Positions 17,760 to 27,711 of a stretch of DNA of 64,000 nt are shown here, piece after piece (positions within the stretch are counted from its first letter, which is position 1; every line of letters begins with the position of its first letter). A program made the position numbers and the translations under genes. The notes beneath the pieces are model-generated. The model was not told where the DNA came from, did not search any database, and saw only the letters and a program-made list of their open reading frames with translations. The DNA is from Clostridia bacterium (GTDB lineage Bacteria > Bacillota > Clostridia > Oscillospirales > QAKW01): contig JAFSCX010000045.1 of the NCBI GenBank assembly GCA_017436525.1, forward strand, positions 17,253 to 81,252, read 5' to 3'.

Positions 17760-18497
17760 TTATTCACCTAAAAAACGCGCTTTCATTTCTTTTGCTTTGC
17801 CGCAGGTCATCTTCCCCTCGGGGCAGCCGCCCTTTACGCAAGGCGGACCTGCATAACGGAATACCGTGGGGCAAATCTCCTTCACCAATTCCAGCATTTG
17901 AGTGGCCAGCTCCCGAATCTCCCATTGAGCGCGGCTGCAGCAGCGCAGACGGAAGAAATTCAGCAGGCTTCTTGCATTCATGGTTACCATCATTTTGGTG
18001 GTGCAGCCATTGGGCAGGACAAAGCGGGCATCCTCAATGGCTTTCTTTTTATCGGCAGTTGCCCCTTCCGTACCCTCCATCAGCAGATCAGTCAGGGCCG
18101 TATAGCGGCGGGAGAGCTCTTCCATCGTCTCTATGTAGAGCGCCTTTGCCTGCTCATTGGCTTCAATGGCGGGAGGGAGAATGAAATCAAAGCCATCCTC
18201 CGCCACATAGCGCTGGCTCTGCACGCTGAAGGAGGCAATCCGATGGCGGGTAATCTGCGCCAGCAAAGCGCGGGATACATTTTCAATCCCGAAGGTAAAA
18301 GAGATATGCTCAATGGGGCTCTCATGGCCCAAGGAGCTGAGCATTTCCAAAAATTGCTCTGTCTTCTCAGGGGTGAGCCCGTCCATAACCGTATCAATAT
18401 CCGCTCTTGCGTAGCAAAGCTTTGCGGCAGATGCGATCACCTTTTCCGCATCGGGGGTATGGCTGATCAGCCGCACTTTTAAGGTTGCCTTTTCCAT
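17760..18497 (-). CDS. thyX: FAD-dependent thymidylate synthase
   Basis: ThyX signature RHRIASFSVQSQRY. 245 aa. Confidence 0.9.
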   Translation of the reverse strand: MEKATLKVRLISHTPDAEKVIASAAKLCYARADIDTVMDGLTPEKTEQFLEMLSSLGHESPIEHISFTFGIENVSRALLAQITRHRIASFSVQSQRYVAEDGFDFILPPAIEANEQAKALYIETMEELSRRYTALTDLLMEGTEGATADKKKAIEDARFVLPNGCTTKMMVTMNARSLLNFFRLRCCSRAQWEIRELATQMLELVKEICPTVFRYAGPPCVKGGCPEGKMTCGKAKEMKARFLGE

Positions 18498-18517
18498 CTT
18501 CTCTCTCCTCTTTCAAA

Positions 18518-18539
18518 AAGCGGCAGAGATCTGCCGCTT
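18518..18539 (-). terminator. terminator after the TagA-like gene
   Basis: AAGCGGCAG-AGAT-CTGCCGCTT, followed on the minus strand by TTTTGAAAG. Confidence 0.6.
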
Positions 18540-18547
18540 ATTTATTT

Positions 18548-19273
18548 TTAATCTTGACTGCGCTTCTTGATACTCATCAAAAAGAAGGGCAGCTCCATCA
18601 CCCGCTTTAAGCGCCATGGCTCCTTGCAGATGCGGTAAAGCCATTCCAGCCCCAAGCGAATCATCCAGCGAGGGGCACGCTTGACCGTCCCCGCAAAGAC
18701 ATCCAGCGAGCCGCCCAGCCCCAGCATGACCCCCACCTTCAGAAGATGGCGGTGCTCCACCATCCAGATCTCTTGGCGGGGCGCACCCAAGCAGACAAAC
18801 AGCATGTCCACATTCAAAGAATTGATCTCTTCAATGATCTGAGGCTCGTCCTCCGGCTGAAAATATCCGTCCCGCAGGCCGGCCACGATCAGCTTGGGAT
18901 GCTTTTTCAAAAAATTCGCCTTGGCAAGCTCTGCTACCCCCGGCTTTGCGCCCAGAAAATAGACCCTCTTGCCATCCCTCTCGCAGCGGGCGATCAGATG
19001 GGCAGCAAGCTCCACCCCCGCCACCTTTTCCTTCAGGGGCGTGCCCAATTTGCGGGAGGCAAGGACCACGCCGATCCCATCGGGGATCACATAATCCGCC
19101 TGCAGCAAGGTCTCATGGACCTTGGGATCGGTGGCATAGGCTTGCAAAATCTCCGCATTGGGGGTTACCACAATGCGGTTTTTCCGCTCGCTGAGAAAAG
19201 GATATACATCCTCTACCGCCTCGGCCATTGTTACATTTTGAATGGGAAGACCCAAAATTGATACTGTACTCAT
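18548..19273 (-). CDS. WecB/TagA/CpsF family glycosyltransferase
   Basis: MSTVSILGLPIQNVTMAEAV..., VTPNAEIL and LGAPRQEIWM motifs. Start trimmed to ATG 19273 with an AGGAG RBS. Confidence 0.8.
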   Translation of the reverse strand: MSTVSILGLPIQNVTMAEAVEDVYPFLSERKNRIVVTPNAEILQAYATDPKVHETLLQADYVIPDGIGVVLASRKLGTPLKEKVAGVELAAHLIARCERDGKRVYFLGAKPGVAELAKANFLKKHPKLIVAGLRDGYFQPEDEPQIIEEINSLNVDMLFVCLGAPRQEIWMVEHRHLLKVGVMLGLGGSLDVFAGTVKRAPRWMIRLGLEWLYRICKEPWRLKRVMELPFFLMSIKKRSQD

Positions 19274-19340
19274 CCAAAATCTCCTATAATACTCAATCAT
19301 AAAAATTATATCATTTTACAAATAATAATGCAATAAAAAC

Positions 19341-19369
19341 TTGCAGTTTTCTTCACCCTTTGCTAAAAT
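19341..19369 (+). promoter_or_regulatory. sigma-A type promoter for trmK-nif3-rqcH
   Basis: TTGCAG, 17-nt spacer, TAAAAT. Confidence 0.45.
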
Positions 19370-19406
19370 GGGATAAAAGGAATTTTTTGGGGAGTGTATA
19401 TTTACC

Positions 19407-20072
19407 ATGCGTCTTTTAGATACACGTCTTTCTGCAGTCCTTTCCCAGATCCCAAGGGGAAGCTGCCTTTTGGATATCGGCACCGATCATTGCAAACTGC
19501 CCGCCGAAGGGCTGCTCTCCGGCAGGCTTTCCGCCGCTTTTGCCGCCGATCTTCGGGAAGGCCCGCTGGAGGCCGCCCGCAGGCAGCTTTCTGCCGAAGG
19601 GCTTTTGGAGCAGGTGCCCCTCTTTTTATCCGACGGGCTGAAGGAAATCCCAAGGGAGGTTTTGCAAAAGGTCGATTGCGTCTGCATTGCGGGGATGGGC
19701 GGAGAGGTTATCGCCTCTATTATTGAAAATGCGCCCCTTGAGCCGCCCCTTTGGGTGCTGCAGCCCATGAGCGCCGTCTATGAATTGATGGATTATCTGA
19801 GCCAAAAGGGCTACCGCCTTTTATCGGGCGCGCTGGCGGCAGATAAAGAGAAGATCTACCGCATCTTTACTGTGTGCAAAACCGATACTCCTTATACGCC
19901 CGATTATTTTTCAATTTATCGGGGAGATCCTTTATATGAGACCCTTCTGGATAAAGAAGAGCGGCGGGTAACCCTTGCGCTGCAGGGCTTGCGAAGCGCA
20001 AAAAATCCGCCGAAAGATCGTATTTCGGAAGAAGAACGTTTATTAAAACTGATCAGAAAGGCAAGATTATGA
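19407..20072 (+). CDS. trmK: tRNA (adenine22-N1)-methyltransferase
   Basis: LDIGTDHCKLP and CIAGMGGEVIASII resemble B. subtilis TrmK/YqfN. It is adjacent to a Nif3 homolog, as in Bacillus. Confidence 0.75.
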   Translation: MRLLDTRLSAVLSQIPRGSCLLDIGTDHCKLPAEGLLSGRLSAAFAADLREGPLEAARRQLSAEGLLEQVPLFLSDGLKEIPREVLQKVDCVCIAGMGGEVIASIIENAPLEPPLWVLQPMSAVYELMDYLSQKGYRLLSGALAADKEKIYRIFTVCKTDTPYTPDYFSIYRGDPLYETLLDKEERRVTLALQGLRSAKNPPKDRISEEERLLKLIRKARL

Positions 20073-20821
20073 ATACCATCCATGAAATTTTAGAATATCT
20101 CAACCAAGTATGCCCCTTTGAGCTGGCCGAGGAATGGGATAATGTGGGCCTGAATGTGGGCCGAGGCAATGCAGAGGTCAAGACGGTGCTGCTGGCGCTG
20201 GATCTCTGCGAAGAGGCCATCCAAGCCGCCAAGGAGCAGGGCTGCCAATTGATTATTACCCATCATCCCCTGCTGTTCGATGGACCGCGGCAGATCAACG
20301 ACAGCCATTTGGACGGCCGCCGCATTTTGGCCCTTGCCGAAAACGGAATCGCCCATATCGCCTGCCATACCAATCTGGACGCCGCCCCCGGAGGAATCAA
20401 CGATTTTATCGCCTCCCTTTGCGATATGCAAGAGATTGAAGCGCTCGACGGGCTTGGAAGAATGGGCAAAATTCCCCATTCCCTTTCGGAATTGGCCACC
20501 CTCCTCAAAAAGCGCATCCCTGCCAAGACCTGCCTTGGCGTAGCGGACCATGAGCAGATCGGCAAGGCCGCCATTGTAGGCGGAAGCGGCGGCAGCATGA
20601 TGGAGGCCGCTTATCGCGCAGGTTGCGATACCTTTATTACGGGAGAAGCCAAGCATCATCATGCCCTGATGGCAAGAGATCTTCATATGAATCTGCTGAT
20701 GTTTGGCCATTATGAGACAGAATATCTCATTATCGAGCATCTTGCCGCCCTTTTGCAGGAGCAGTTCCCCGAACTCACCGTTCATACCCTTCCCCATCAC
20801 CCTGTATTGGAGCAATTATAA
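20069..20821 (+). CDS. Nif3-like dinuclear metal center protein (YqfO family)
   Basis: WDNVGL, ITHHPLLF, YACHTNLD-like (IACHTNLD) and GHYETE motifs. 250 aa. Confidence 0.8.
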   Translation: MNTIHEILEYLNQVCPFELAEEWDNVGLNVGRGNAEVKTVLLALDLCEEAIQAAKEQGCQLIITHHPLLFDGPRQINDSHLDGRRILALAENGIAHIACHTNLDAAPGGINDFIASLCDMQEIEALDGLGRMGKIPHSLSELATLLKKRIPAKTCLGVADHEQIGKAAIVGGSGGSMMEAAYRAGCDTFITGEAKHHHALMARDLHMNLLMFGHYETEYLIIEHLAALLQEQFPELTVHTLPHHPVLEQL

Positions 20822-20823
20822 TT

Positions 20824-22569
20824 ATGGCACTGGACGCATGCTTTCTAACCCATCTGACCCATCAGATCAACAGCCTTGCAAGCGGCGCGAGGGTGGAGAA
20901 GATCCACCAGCCGGGGAAGGATGAAATCCTCCTGCACCTGCGCGCACCCGGCTTTAAGAGCAAGCTGCTCTTTTGCTGCACCCCTAATTGCGCCCGCATC
21001 ACCCTGACGGACAAGGATGCAGAGAATCCCGCTCAGCCGCCGCTCTTTTGCATGGTGCTCCGCAAGCATCTTACGGGCGCCAAGCTGGAGCGGGTTTATA
21101 TGCCCGCTTTTGAGCGGGCGGTGTTTGTGGAATTCACCGCCAAAAATGATTTCTTCGAGCCGGTTAAAAAGCGGCTGGTATTGGAAATCTTAGGCCGCAC
21201 CTCCAACCTTCTTTTATTGGAGGAAAACGGCAAGATTATTGATGCCATCCGCCATGTGGATCTCACCGTAACCACCGGCCGCCAGATGCTGCCGGGGCTT
21301 CTTTATGAGCCGATTGTCCCCCAGGATAAAAAAGCGTTTATTGAAGGGGGAGAGGAGGATCTTGAGCAGATCCTTTCTACCGACAAGCCCCTTTGGAAAG
21401 CGATCATGGATACCTATAGCGGCATCTCGCCGGTGGTGGCAAGGGAGCTTGCTTTTTCTGCCGCCGGAAAGATCGATTCTGCCGCATGCTCCCTTACCCC
21501 CAATCAAAAAAATGCCCTTGCAGAGGCACTTTGCGAGGCGGTGAGCAGCCTTTCAAAGAAGCGCTGCAGCCCCTGCGCCGTGCGGGAGAGGGCAAGCGGG
21601 AAATGGATTGATTTTTCCTTCCTTCCCCTGCGGCAATATGGAGAAAGCGGAGAGCAGATTCCCTATTCCGATCCTCTTGCGCTGATCGAAGATTATTATG
21701 AAAAAAGCGCCGAGGCCATTCGCTTTAAGCAAAAGACCCGCGATATTGAGCTTTTGCTCTCCCGCACCTGCGCCCGCATTGAGCGGACCATGGGGGTGCG
21801 GATGAAAGAGCTGGAGGAGGGCAAAAAAGCCGATCACTACCGCATCTGCGGCGAGCTTTTGCAGGCCAATCTCCATCGTGCTAAGACCGGTATGCGGGAA
21901 ATTACGGTGGAAAATTATTATGATAACTGCGCCCCCTTTACCATCCCCTTGCGGCCCGATCGCTCCCCCCAGCAAAATGCGCAGCTTTATTTCAAAAAGT
22001 ATAATAAGGCGAAAACCTCCTCCAAGGTAGTAGCCGAGCTGATCGCCAAGGATCGGGAGGATCTTCGCTATCTGGAGAGCGTATTCCTCTCTCTTTGCGA
22101 TTGCGAAAACGGCGCAGATATCGATCAGATCCGCGAAGAGCTGATCCGCACCGGCTTTTCCAAAAATAAGCGGAAAACCACTGCGCGTTCCGGGGCGCCC
22201 TCCAAGCCCCGCCGCTTTGTTTCCTCGGGGGGATTTCCCATTTTGGTGGGCCGCAATAATATGCAAAATGATCAACTGACCGTAAAGATGAGCCGCAAGG
22301 ATGATCTTTGGCTTCATACCAAGAATATCCATAGCGCCCATGTCTTGATTGTCAGCGGCGGAAGGGAGATCGACGATCAGACCATCCTGGAAGCCGCCGC
22401 CATCTGCGCCTACTACAGCAAGGGAAAAGACGCACCCAAGGTGGAGGTGGATTATTGCCCCGTCTCCCATGTAAAGAAGCCGGTAGGCTCCCGCCCCGGA
22501 ATGGTGGTCTATGAGGGCCATTGGTCGGTCTTGGTGGAGCCGAAATTGCTCCTCAAGCAAGAAAACTAA
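20824..22569 (+). CDS. rqcH: ribosome quality control factor RqcH (NFACT / FbpA-like)
   Basis: 581 aa. N-terminal NFACT-N (MALDACFLTHLTHQIN...KIHQPGKDE) and C-terminal GRNNMQNDQLT...DLWLHTKNIHSAHVLI (DUF814). Confidence 0.8.
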   Translation: MALDACFLTHLTHQINSLASGARVEKIHQPGKDEILLHLRAPGFKSKLLFCCTPNCARITLTDKDAENPAQPPLFCMVLRKHLTGAKLERVYMPAFERAVFVEFTAKNDFFEPVKKRLVLEILGRTSNLLLLEENGKIIDAIRHVDLTVTTGRQMLPGLLYEPIVPQDKKAFIEGGEEDLEQILSTDKPLWKAIMDTYSGISPVVARELAFSAAGKIDSAACSLTPNQKNALAEALCEAVSSLSKKRCSPCAVRERASGKWIDFSFLPLRQYGESGEQIPYSDPLALIEDYYEKSAEAIRFKQKTRDIELLLSRTCARIERTMGVRMKELEEGKKADHYRICGELLQANLHRAKTGMREITVENYYDNCAPFTIPLRPDRSPQQNAQLYFKKYNKAKTSSKVVAELIAKDREDLRYLESVFLSLCDCENGADIDQIREELIRTGFSKNKRKTTARSGAPSKPRRFVSSGGFPILVGRNNMQNDQLTVKMSRKDDLWLHTKNIHSAHVLIVSGGREIDDQTILEAAAICAYYSKGKDAPKVEVDYCPVSHVKKPVGSRPGMVVYEGHWSVLVEPKLLLKQEN

Positions 22570-22580
22570 ACCATCAAAAA

Positions 22581-22608
22581 ATGCGAAGAAGCATTTGCTT
22601 CTTCGCAT
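22581..22608. terminator. bidirectional terminator between rqcH and sigA
   Basis: ATGCGAAGAAGCA-TT-TGCTTCTTCGCAT, flanked by AAAAAA and TTTTT. Confidence 0.75.
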
Positions 22609-22668
22609 TTTTTATGCACCATTTAAGATTTTTTCAACAAAGCGGAAGATGCGCCGTTTTCGGCGGTC

Positions 22669-23913
22669 TTAATTGTCCAAAAAGTCTTTGAGCTTGCGGC
22701 TTCTGCTGGGATGGCGCAGTTTCCGCAATGCCTTGGATTCGATCTGACGAATCCGCTCACGGGTTACATCAAAGACCTTGCCCACCTCTTCCAGGGTGCG
22801 CTGACGGCCGTCCCGCAAACCAAAACGCAGCTCCAGCACCTTTGCCTCTCTGGGAGTGAGGGTGTCCAACACTTCCGCAAGCTGCTCCTTGAGCATGATC
22901 TGCGAGGTAGCCTCCACAGGGGCAGGGATATCCTCATCGGGGATAAAATCGCCCAGATGGCTATCCTCCTCTTCGCCGATGGGCGTCTCCAAAGAGACAG
23001 GGTCCAAAGCAATTTTCAAAATCTCTCGGACCTTCTCCTCCGGCTGATTGATCTCTCTTGCAATCTCCTCGCTGGTGGGATCTCTTCCCAGCTCCTGCAC
23101 CAGCTGGCGGGAAACCCGCATCACCCGATTGATGGTCTCCACCATATGCACGGGGATCCGGATGGTTCTTGCCTGATCGGCAATGGCACGGGTGATGGCC
23201 TGCCGAATCCACCATGTGGCGTAGGTGGAGAATTTATAGCCCTTTTCATAGTCGAATTTTTCAACCGCCTTGATCAGGCCCAGATTTCCCTCTTGGATCA
23301 GATCCAGAAAATGCATTCCGCGGCCCACATACCGCTTTGCAATCGAAACCACCAAGCGCAGGTTGGCCTCGGAAAGGCGCTGCTTGGCTCTCTGGCCTGC
23401 AGAAATCGTCTTATTGAGCGCTGCCAGCTCCTCCTCGGAGAAGCGCTCGGGAAGGGATTCCAGCATCATTTGAAGCTCTTCATCCTCAATAGGCTCGCCC
23501 TCGTCTCTCATCTTCATCAGATCCAAGGTCTTTTGCGCCTCGGTGCCGCTGAGCATCTTTTTAGCAAGCTCTACTTCTTCTTCACCGCTGAGCAAAGGCA
23601 CTTTGCCGATCTCTTTCAGATAGACCTTTACAGGGTCATCCACCAGCGTATGCTCCCCTGCATCAATCTGGCTGCCCTCTTCGTCCTTGGACTCTACCTG
23701 CTCCGCAATCTGCTCCAGATCATCCATATCCTCATTGGAATCCTCGATGATCTCGATGCCCTGCTCCTCCAGCATATCATAAAGCTTTTCAATCTGCTCC
23801 GGATCAAGGCTCACCTCATCCAGAATATCCATAATCTCCCGATTGGAGAGAGAACCTTTGCTTTTCCCAAGCTCCAGCAGTTCTTTGTAAAATGATTTCT
23901 TTTCAATATTCAT
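22669..23913 (-). CDS. sigA: RNA polymerase primary sigma factor
   Basis: Acidic N-terminus. Region 2 reads [19 protein letters not shown] and region 4 reads [20 protein letters not shown]. It follows dnaG. Confidence 0.95.
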   Translation of the reverse strand: MNIEKKSFYKELLELGKSKGSLSNREIMDILDEVSLDPEQIEKLYDMLEEQGIEIIEDSNEDMDDLEQIAEQVESKDEEGSQIDAGEHTLVDDPVKVYLKEIGKVPLLSGEEEVELAKKMLSGTEAQKTLDLMKMRDEGEPIEDEELQMMLESLPERFSEEELAALNKTISAGQRAKQRLSEANLRLVVSIAKRYVGRGMHFLDLIQEGNLGLIKAVEKFDYEKGYKFSTYATWWIRQAITRAIADQARTIRIPVHMVETINRVMRVSRQLVQELGRDPTSEEIAREINQPEEKVREILKIALDPVSLETPIGEEEDSHLGDFIPDEDIPAPVEATSQIMLKEQLAEVLDTLTPREAKVLELRFGLRDGRQRTLEEVGKVFDVTRERIRQIESKALRKLRHPSRSRKLKDFLDN

Positions 23914-23915
23914 CC

Positions 23916-25661
23916 TTAATCTCCTTTTAATCGTTTCATGATTTCCTCGGGAGAAAGCGCCCCCAAATCAATCTTTTTCGCCCCTTCTTCTTTTATGATG
24001 CGGATGCAATCCTCCATCTGCGCCGCCGGCACCCCGCTCAGAATGGGGGTATTGATGAAAAAGGAAATTCTTGCCATCTCCTTATCATCGAATGCCTTGG
24101 CAAATACCGGCATGGCGGTATCGGATGCTTCTCCGTATTCATCCAAAATAAACTGATAGACCCTACGGTTGAAGGTGGTAAGAAATTCCTCGGGCCGAAG
24201 CCTTTCTTTTGCTTTTCCTGCCAAATCGGGATGCTTGCAAAGGAGCGCCATCAGCATTTCCTCGGCTTTTGCCCCGCGCAGCTCGCCTGCCCGCTCGGGA
24301 TTGACCCGATCGTAGGTCCCCTTCAGCTCCTGCTCGCCGCTTTTCAGCTCCTGCCGCCTCTGCGCCGATGCCTTGCGCTTGCGGGCACGCTCCACCTCAT
24401 CCCGCACAGCCTCTGAGCGGATCTCCACCTCTCTTGCCAGCTTGCTGATATAGACATCCCGCTCCACCGCGCTTGCGACTCCCGCCACCACGCCGACCGC
24501 CTTGCGAAGATATTCCACCTTCATGGCCGTATCCTTCAGATCCAAGCCTGCCTTAAGCTTGTCCAACTCAAATTCAACGGGGGTTTTGGAGCTTTTCAAG
24601 AGCATCTCGAATCGCTCTTTTCCATAGGTCTTAATAAATTCATCGGGATCCTTGGCACCGCTCATCTGCAGCACCCGCACGGGGATTCCGTTTTCTTCCA
24701 AGAAACGAATGGCCTTCTCTGTCGCCTTCAGGCCTGCAGAGTCATTATCAAAAGCCACCACAACCGTCTTGGCGTATTTGGCCAAAATCCTTGCCTGCTC
24801 CTTGGTAAAGGCGGTGCCCAAGGGCGCCACCGCCCCTTCAAAGCCTGCCTGCACCAGAGAGACCACATCCAGGTTGCCCTCGCAAAGGATCAAAAGGCCG
24901 TCCTTTTGATTTTTGGCAAGATGCAGCCCGAAGACGCAATTGCCTTTGGTATAAATATCCGTCTCGGGCGAGTTGAGGTATTTCGGCTGCCCGTCTCCTA
25001 AAATACGGCCGGAAAAAGCCACTACATTCCCCCTCAGATCAAAGACGGGGAACATCACCCGATTGCGGAATTTATCGTAAGGATGGCGGCTGCGCTCGTT
25101 TTTCGCTAAAAGCCCTGCCTCCAGCATCTCATCCCAGCTATAGCCTTCCTTTTGCAGATGATTCTTCAAAGCATCAAAGGAATCGGGGGCAAAGCCCAGC
25201 CCGAATTTCTTGATCGCTTCTATGCCGATTCCGCGGTTGGTCAGATAAGCAAGGCCTTCTTTGCCGCCCTCGCTCATGAGGGTTTTATAGAAGAAGCGGG
25301 CGGCAAGCTTATGCATCTCATACTGCCGCTCTCTTTTTTTGCGGCGGAAATTTCCGGCCCGATCTTCCTCCTCCGGCAATGCAAGCCCTGCCCGCTCGGC
25401 AAGGGAACGCACCGCCTCCAGATAATCCAAATTATTATATTTCATGGTGAAGGTGATGACATCTCCACCTGCGCCGCATCCGAAGCAATAATAAGAGGCG
25501 GTCTCTTCAAACACCGTGAAAGAAGGGGTTTTCTCTCCATGGAAGGGGCAAAGCCCCACATGGCGGGTGCCGTTTCTTTTCAGCCCCACATAAAGGCCGA
25601 TTACCTCTGCGATCGGATTGCGGCCCTTCAGCTCCGCTAAAAAGCGGCTGTCGAATGCCAT
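23916..25661 (-). CDS. dnaG: DNA primase
   Basis: Zinc finger [13 protein letters not shown]...[13 protein letters not shown] and TOPRIM segment [11 protein letters not shown]. Confidence 0.95.
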   Translation of the reverse strand: MAFDSRFLAELKGRNPIAEVIGLYVGLKRNGTRHVGLCPFHGEKTPSFTVFEETASYYCFGCGAGGDVITFTMKYNNLDYLEAVRSLAERAGLALPEEEDRAGNFRRKKRERQYEMHKLAARFFYKTLMSEGGKEGLAYLTNRGIGIEAIKKFGLGFAPDSFDALKNHLQKEGYSWDEMLEAGLLAKNERSRHPYDKFRNRVMFPVFDLRGNVVAFSGRILGDGQPKYLNSPETDIYTKGNCVFGLHLAKNQKDGLLILCEGNLDVVSLVQAGFEGAVAPLGTAFTKEQARILAKYAKTVVVAFDNDSAGLKATEKAIRFLEENGIPVRVLQMSGAKDPDEFIKTYGKERFEMLLKSSKTPVEFELDKLKAGLDLKDTAMKVEYLRKAVGVVAGVASAVERDVYISKLAREVEIRSEAVRDEVERARKRKASAQRRQELKSGEQELKGTYDRVNPERAGELRGAKAEEMLMALLCKHPDLAGKAKERLRPEEFLTTFNRRVYQFILDEYGEASDTAMPVFAKAFDDKEMARISFFINTPILSGVPAAQMEDCIRIIKEEGAKKIDLGALSPEEIMKRLKGD

Positions 25662-26669
25662 TTACAATTCCCATCCTTTCGGCAGGTATATTTCTTTATA
25701 AACTTTTACAACATAAGTATCGCTCATTCCGGCCAGATAATCCAAAACCGCCCGCTCTTTTCCCTCTTGCTCCATCACAGCCCCATACTCGGCGGGAACT
25801 TGCTGCGGATTTTCCATAAAATGCCGATATAGCCGTTGCATCAGGCGCTCCGCCTTGGCTTCTTCCTCTTTCGCCTTGGAGCTTGTATAAACCCGCTCAA
25901 ACATAAAGGCCCGCAAAAGATCCATCGCCTCGCCCACCTCGGGATCAATCTGCACCTCGGGGCACAAAGAGACCTGATTATGATCCAAACTATGATCGAC
26001 TACACCGCGGACCAGCGTATTGATCCGTTCTCCATGGCTTGCGCCCAAGACCCTTACCACCTGCTCCGGCAGGTCCTCAGGGCGGATGATTCCCCCTCGC
26101 AGAGCATCGTCGATATCATGGTTAATATAGGCAATGCGGTCGGAAAGCCGCACCACCTTTCCTTCATAGGTTTCGGGGAGTTTGGGGCCGGTATGGCAGC
26201 CCATTCCGTCCAATACCTCTACGGTCAGATTCAGCTTTTCCAGCACTCTTGCCACCCGCACACTCTGCTCATTATGAGAAAAATGCAGGCTGCTCACCTC
26301 ATTGAGCGCCCGCTCGCCCGCATGGCCGAAGGGGGTATGCCCCAGATCATGGCCCATAGCGATGGCTTCTGTAAGATCCTCATTGAGCCGCAAGGCTCTT
26401 GCAATGGTGCGGGCGATTTGGGAGACCTCCAAGGTATGGGTCAGCCGCGTGCGATAATGATCGCCGCTGGGGCTTAAGAAAACCTGCGTCTTATGCTTTA
26501 AGCGGCGAAAGGCCTTAGAATGGACGATTCGATCCCGATCCCGACTGTAGCAGGTGCGCAGCGGGCAGGGCTCTTGAGGAAACTGGCGCCCCTTACTCTC
26601 GGCAGAAAGAGCCGCAAAAGGGGAAAGGTAGTCGCGCTCAAATTGTTGTTGCTGTTCACGAAAATTCAT
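25662..26669 (-). CDS. dgt: dGTP triphosphohydrolase-like HD-domain protein
   Basis: HSKAFRRLKHKTQVF, RLTHTLEVSQIAR and GHDLGHTPFGH motifs. It lies immediately upstream of dnaG. Confidence 0.85.
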   Translation of the reverse strand: MNFREQQQQFERDYLSPFAALSAESKGRQFPQEPCPLRTCYSRDRDRIVHSKAFRRLKHKTQVFLSPSGDHYRTRLTHTLEVSQIARTIARALRLNEDLTEAIAMGHDLGHTPFGHAGERALNEVSSLHFSHNEQSVRVARVLEKLNLTVEVLDGMGCHTGPKLPETYEGKVVRLSDRIAYINHDIDDALRGGIIRPEDLPEQVVRVLGASHGERINTLVRGVVDHSLDHNQVSLCPEVQIDPEVGEAMDLLRAFMFERVYTSSKAKEEEAKAERLMQRLYRHFMENPQQVPAEYGAVMEQEGKERAVLDYLAGMSDTYVVKVYKEIYLPKGWEL

Positions 26670-26740
26670 CCTTCAAGTCCTCCTATTATACTAATACAGA
26701 AAAAAAGACAAAATACCTTTATTTTTCTCCAAAAAATTTC

Positions 26741-26769
26741 TTGACCTTTCTCTTTGGCCCTTCTATAAT
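26741..26769 (+). promoter_or_regulatory. sigma-A type promoter for the YgjV-like gene
   Basis: TTGACC, 17-nt spacer, TATAAT. Confidence 0.55.
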
Positions 26770-26794
26770 ACTAAAAAAGAAAGGAGATTTTCCC

Positions 26795-27352
26795 ATGCCC
26801 GCTATCCCAATCTTCGCCCAGATCCTCAGCATCATCGCCATGACCATCGCCCTGCTTTCCTTTCAGCAAAAGACGCAAAAGAGGATTGTACTTTTCCAAT
26901 TTTGCTCTTCCTTTCTCTTTGCAGTGCATTTTCTTTTATTGGGCGCCATCACCGGCGCACTCTTAAATTTCATGGCCGCAGGCCGTGCGCTGATCTATTC
27001 CAAGCGAGATCAAAAATGGGCCGCTTCCCCCTTTTGGATCCTTCTTTTTTCGATTCTGCCCTTTGGGATCTACGGCGCAAGCTTTGCCTTTTTCGGCATC
27101 GCGCCCACGCTTTCCAATCTTCTGCTGGAGCTGCTCCCCACCCTCGGCATGATCTCCACCACCATCTCCTTCCGGATGAAGCAAGCGGCGCAGGTGCGGC
27201 TGTTTTCCCTGATCAGCTCTCCCCTTTGGTTAATTTATAATATTTTTAATTTCTCCATCGGCGGGATCCTGACCGAAAGCTTTTCCTTAATTTCCATCTT
27301 GATCGGCATCCTGCGATTAGATCTTAAAAAAGAACAAAGAAAAAGCAGGTAA
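26795..27352 (+). CDS. YgjV family inner membrane protein
   Basis: MPAIPIFAQILSIIAMTIALLSFQQKTQKRIVLFQ... is a YgjV-like pattern. Start trimmed to ATG 26795 (AAGGAG RBS). The stop TAA lies inside the terminator stem. Confidence 0.65.
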   Translation: MPAIPIFAQILSIIAMTIALLSFQQKTQKRIVLFQFCSSFLFAVHFLLLGAITGALLNFMAAGRALIYSKRDQKWAASPFWILLFSILPFGIYGASFAFFGIAPTLSNLLLELLPTLGMISTTISFRMKQAAQVRLFSLISSPLWLIYNIFNFSIGGILTESFSLISILIGILRLDLKKEQRKSR

Positions 27353-27372
27353 CTTCGGTTACCTGCTTTTTT
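27344..27372 (+). terminator. terminator of the YgjV-like gene (hairpin H1)
   Basis: AGCAGGTAAC-TTCG-GTTACCTGCT followed by TTTTT. It has the same stem as H2 (27514..27537) and H3 (27684..27707), but the tetraloop is reverse-complemented. Confidence 0.7.
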
Positions 27373-27710
27373 GGTGATCCATCGGAGACTCGAACTCCGG
27401 CAATGCTCGCTTCGCGCCTTGCCGAAAAAATGGCCGACTCGTTCGCCGCTAAAGCGGCAACCACTCGCCATTGGCCAAAGGGTTCGGAGTTCTTTTGATT
27501 TTCATATTAAGAAAGCAGGTAACCGAAGTTACCTGCTTTTTTGGTGATCCATCGGAGACTCGAACTCCGGCAATGCTCGCTCCGCGCCTTGCCGAAAAAA
27601 TGGCCGACTCGTTCGCCGCTAAAGCGGCAACCACTCGCCATTGGCCAAAGGGTCCGGAGTTCTTTTGATTTTCATATTAAGAAAGCAGGTAACCGAAGTT
27701 ACCTGCTTTT
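27371..27710 (-). repeat. two tandem 170-bp units (27371..27540 and 27541..27710) downstream of tRNA-Lys, each carrying a copy of the tRNA 3' end
   Basis: Each unit holds an exact copy of the last 29 nt of tRNA-Lys (CCGGAGTTCGAGTCTCCGATGGATCACCA, minus strand). It also holds a GC-rich insert of about 110 nt that ends in an inverted 17-nt copy of tRNA positions ~38-54 (GAACTCCGGACCCTTTG), and a terminator hairpin. The units differ at 2 positions. Confidence 0.85.
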
Positions 27711-27711
27711 T

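Noticed and set aside
25662-26669. The HD-domain dGTPase as an anti-phage dNTP-depletion defence gene.
   Set aside because: It lies directly upstream of dnaG and sigA in what looks like a housekeeping operon. Nothing in its context suggests a defence island.
27449-27668. ORFs of 61 aa (minus) and 65 aa (plus) spanning the tRNA-Lys-derived repeats, and 27677..27871 spanning the tRNA itself.
   Set aside because: They run through terminator hairpins and tRNA sequence, lack an RBS, and are duplicated only because the DNA repeat is.
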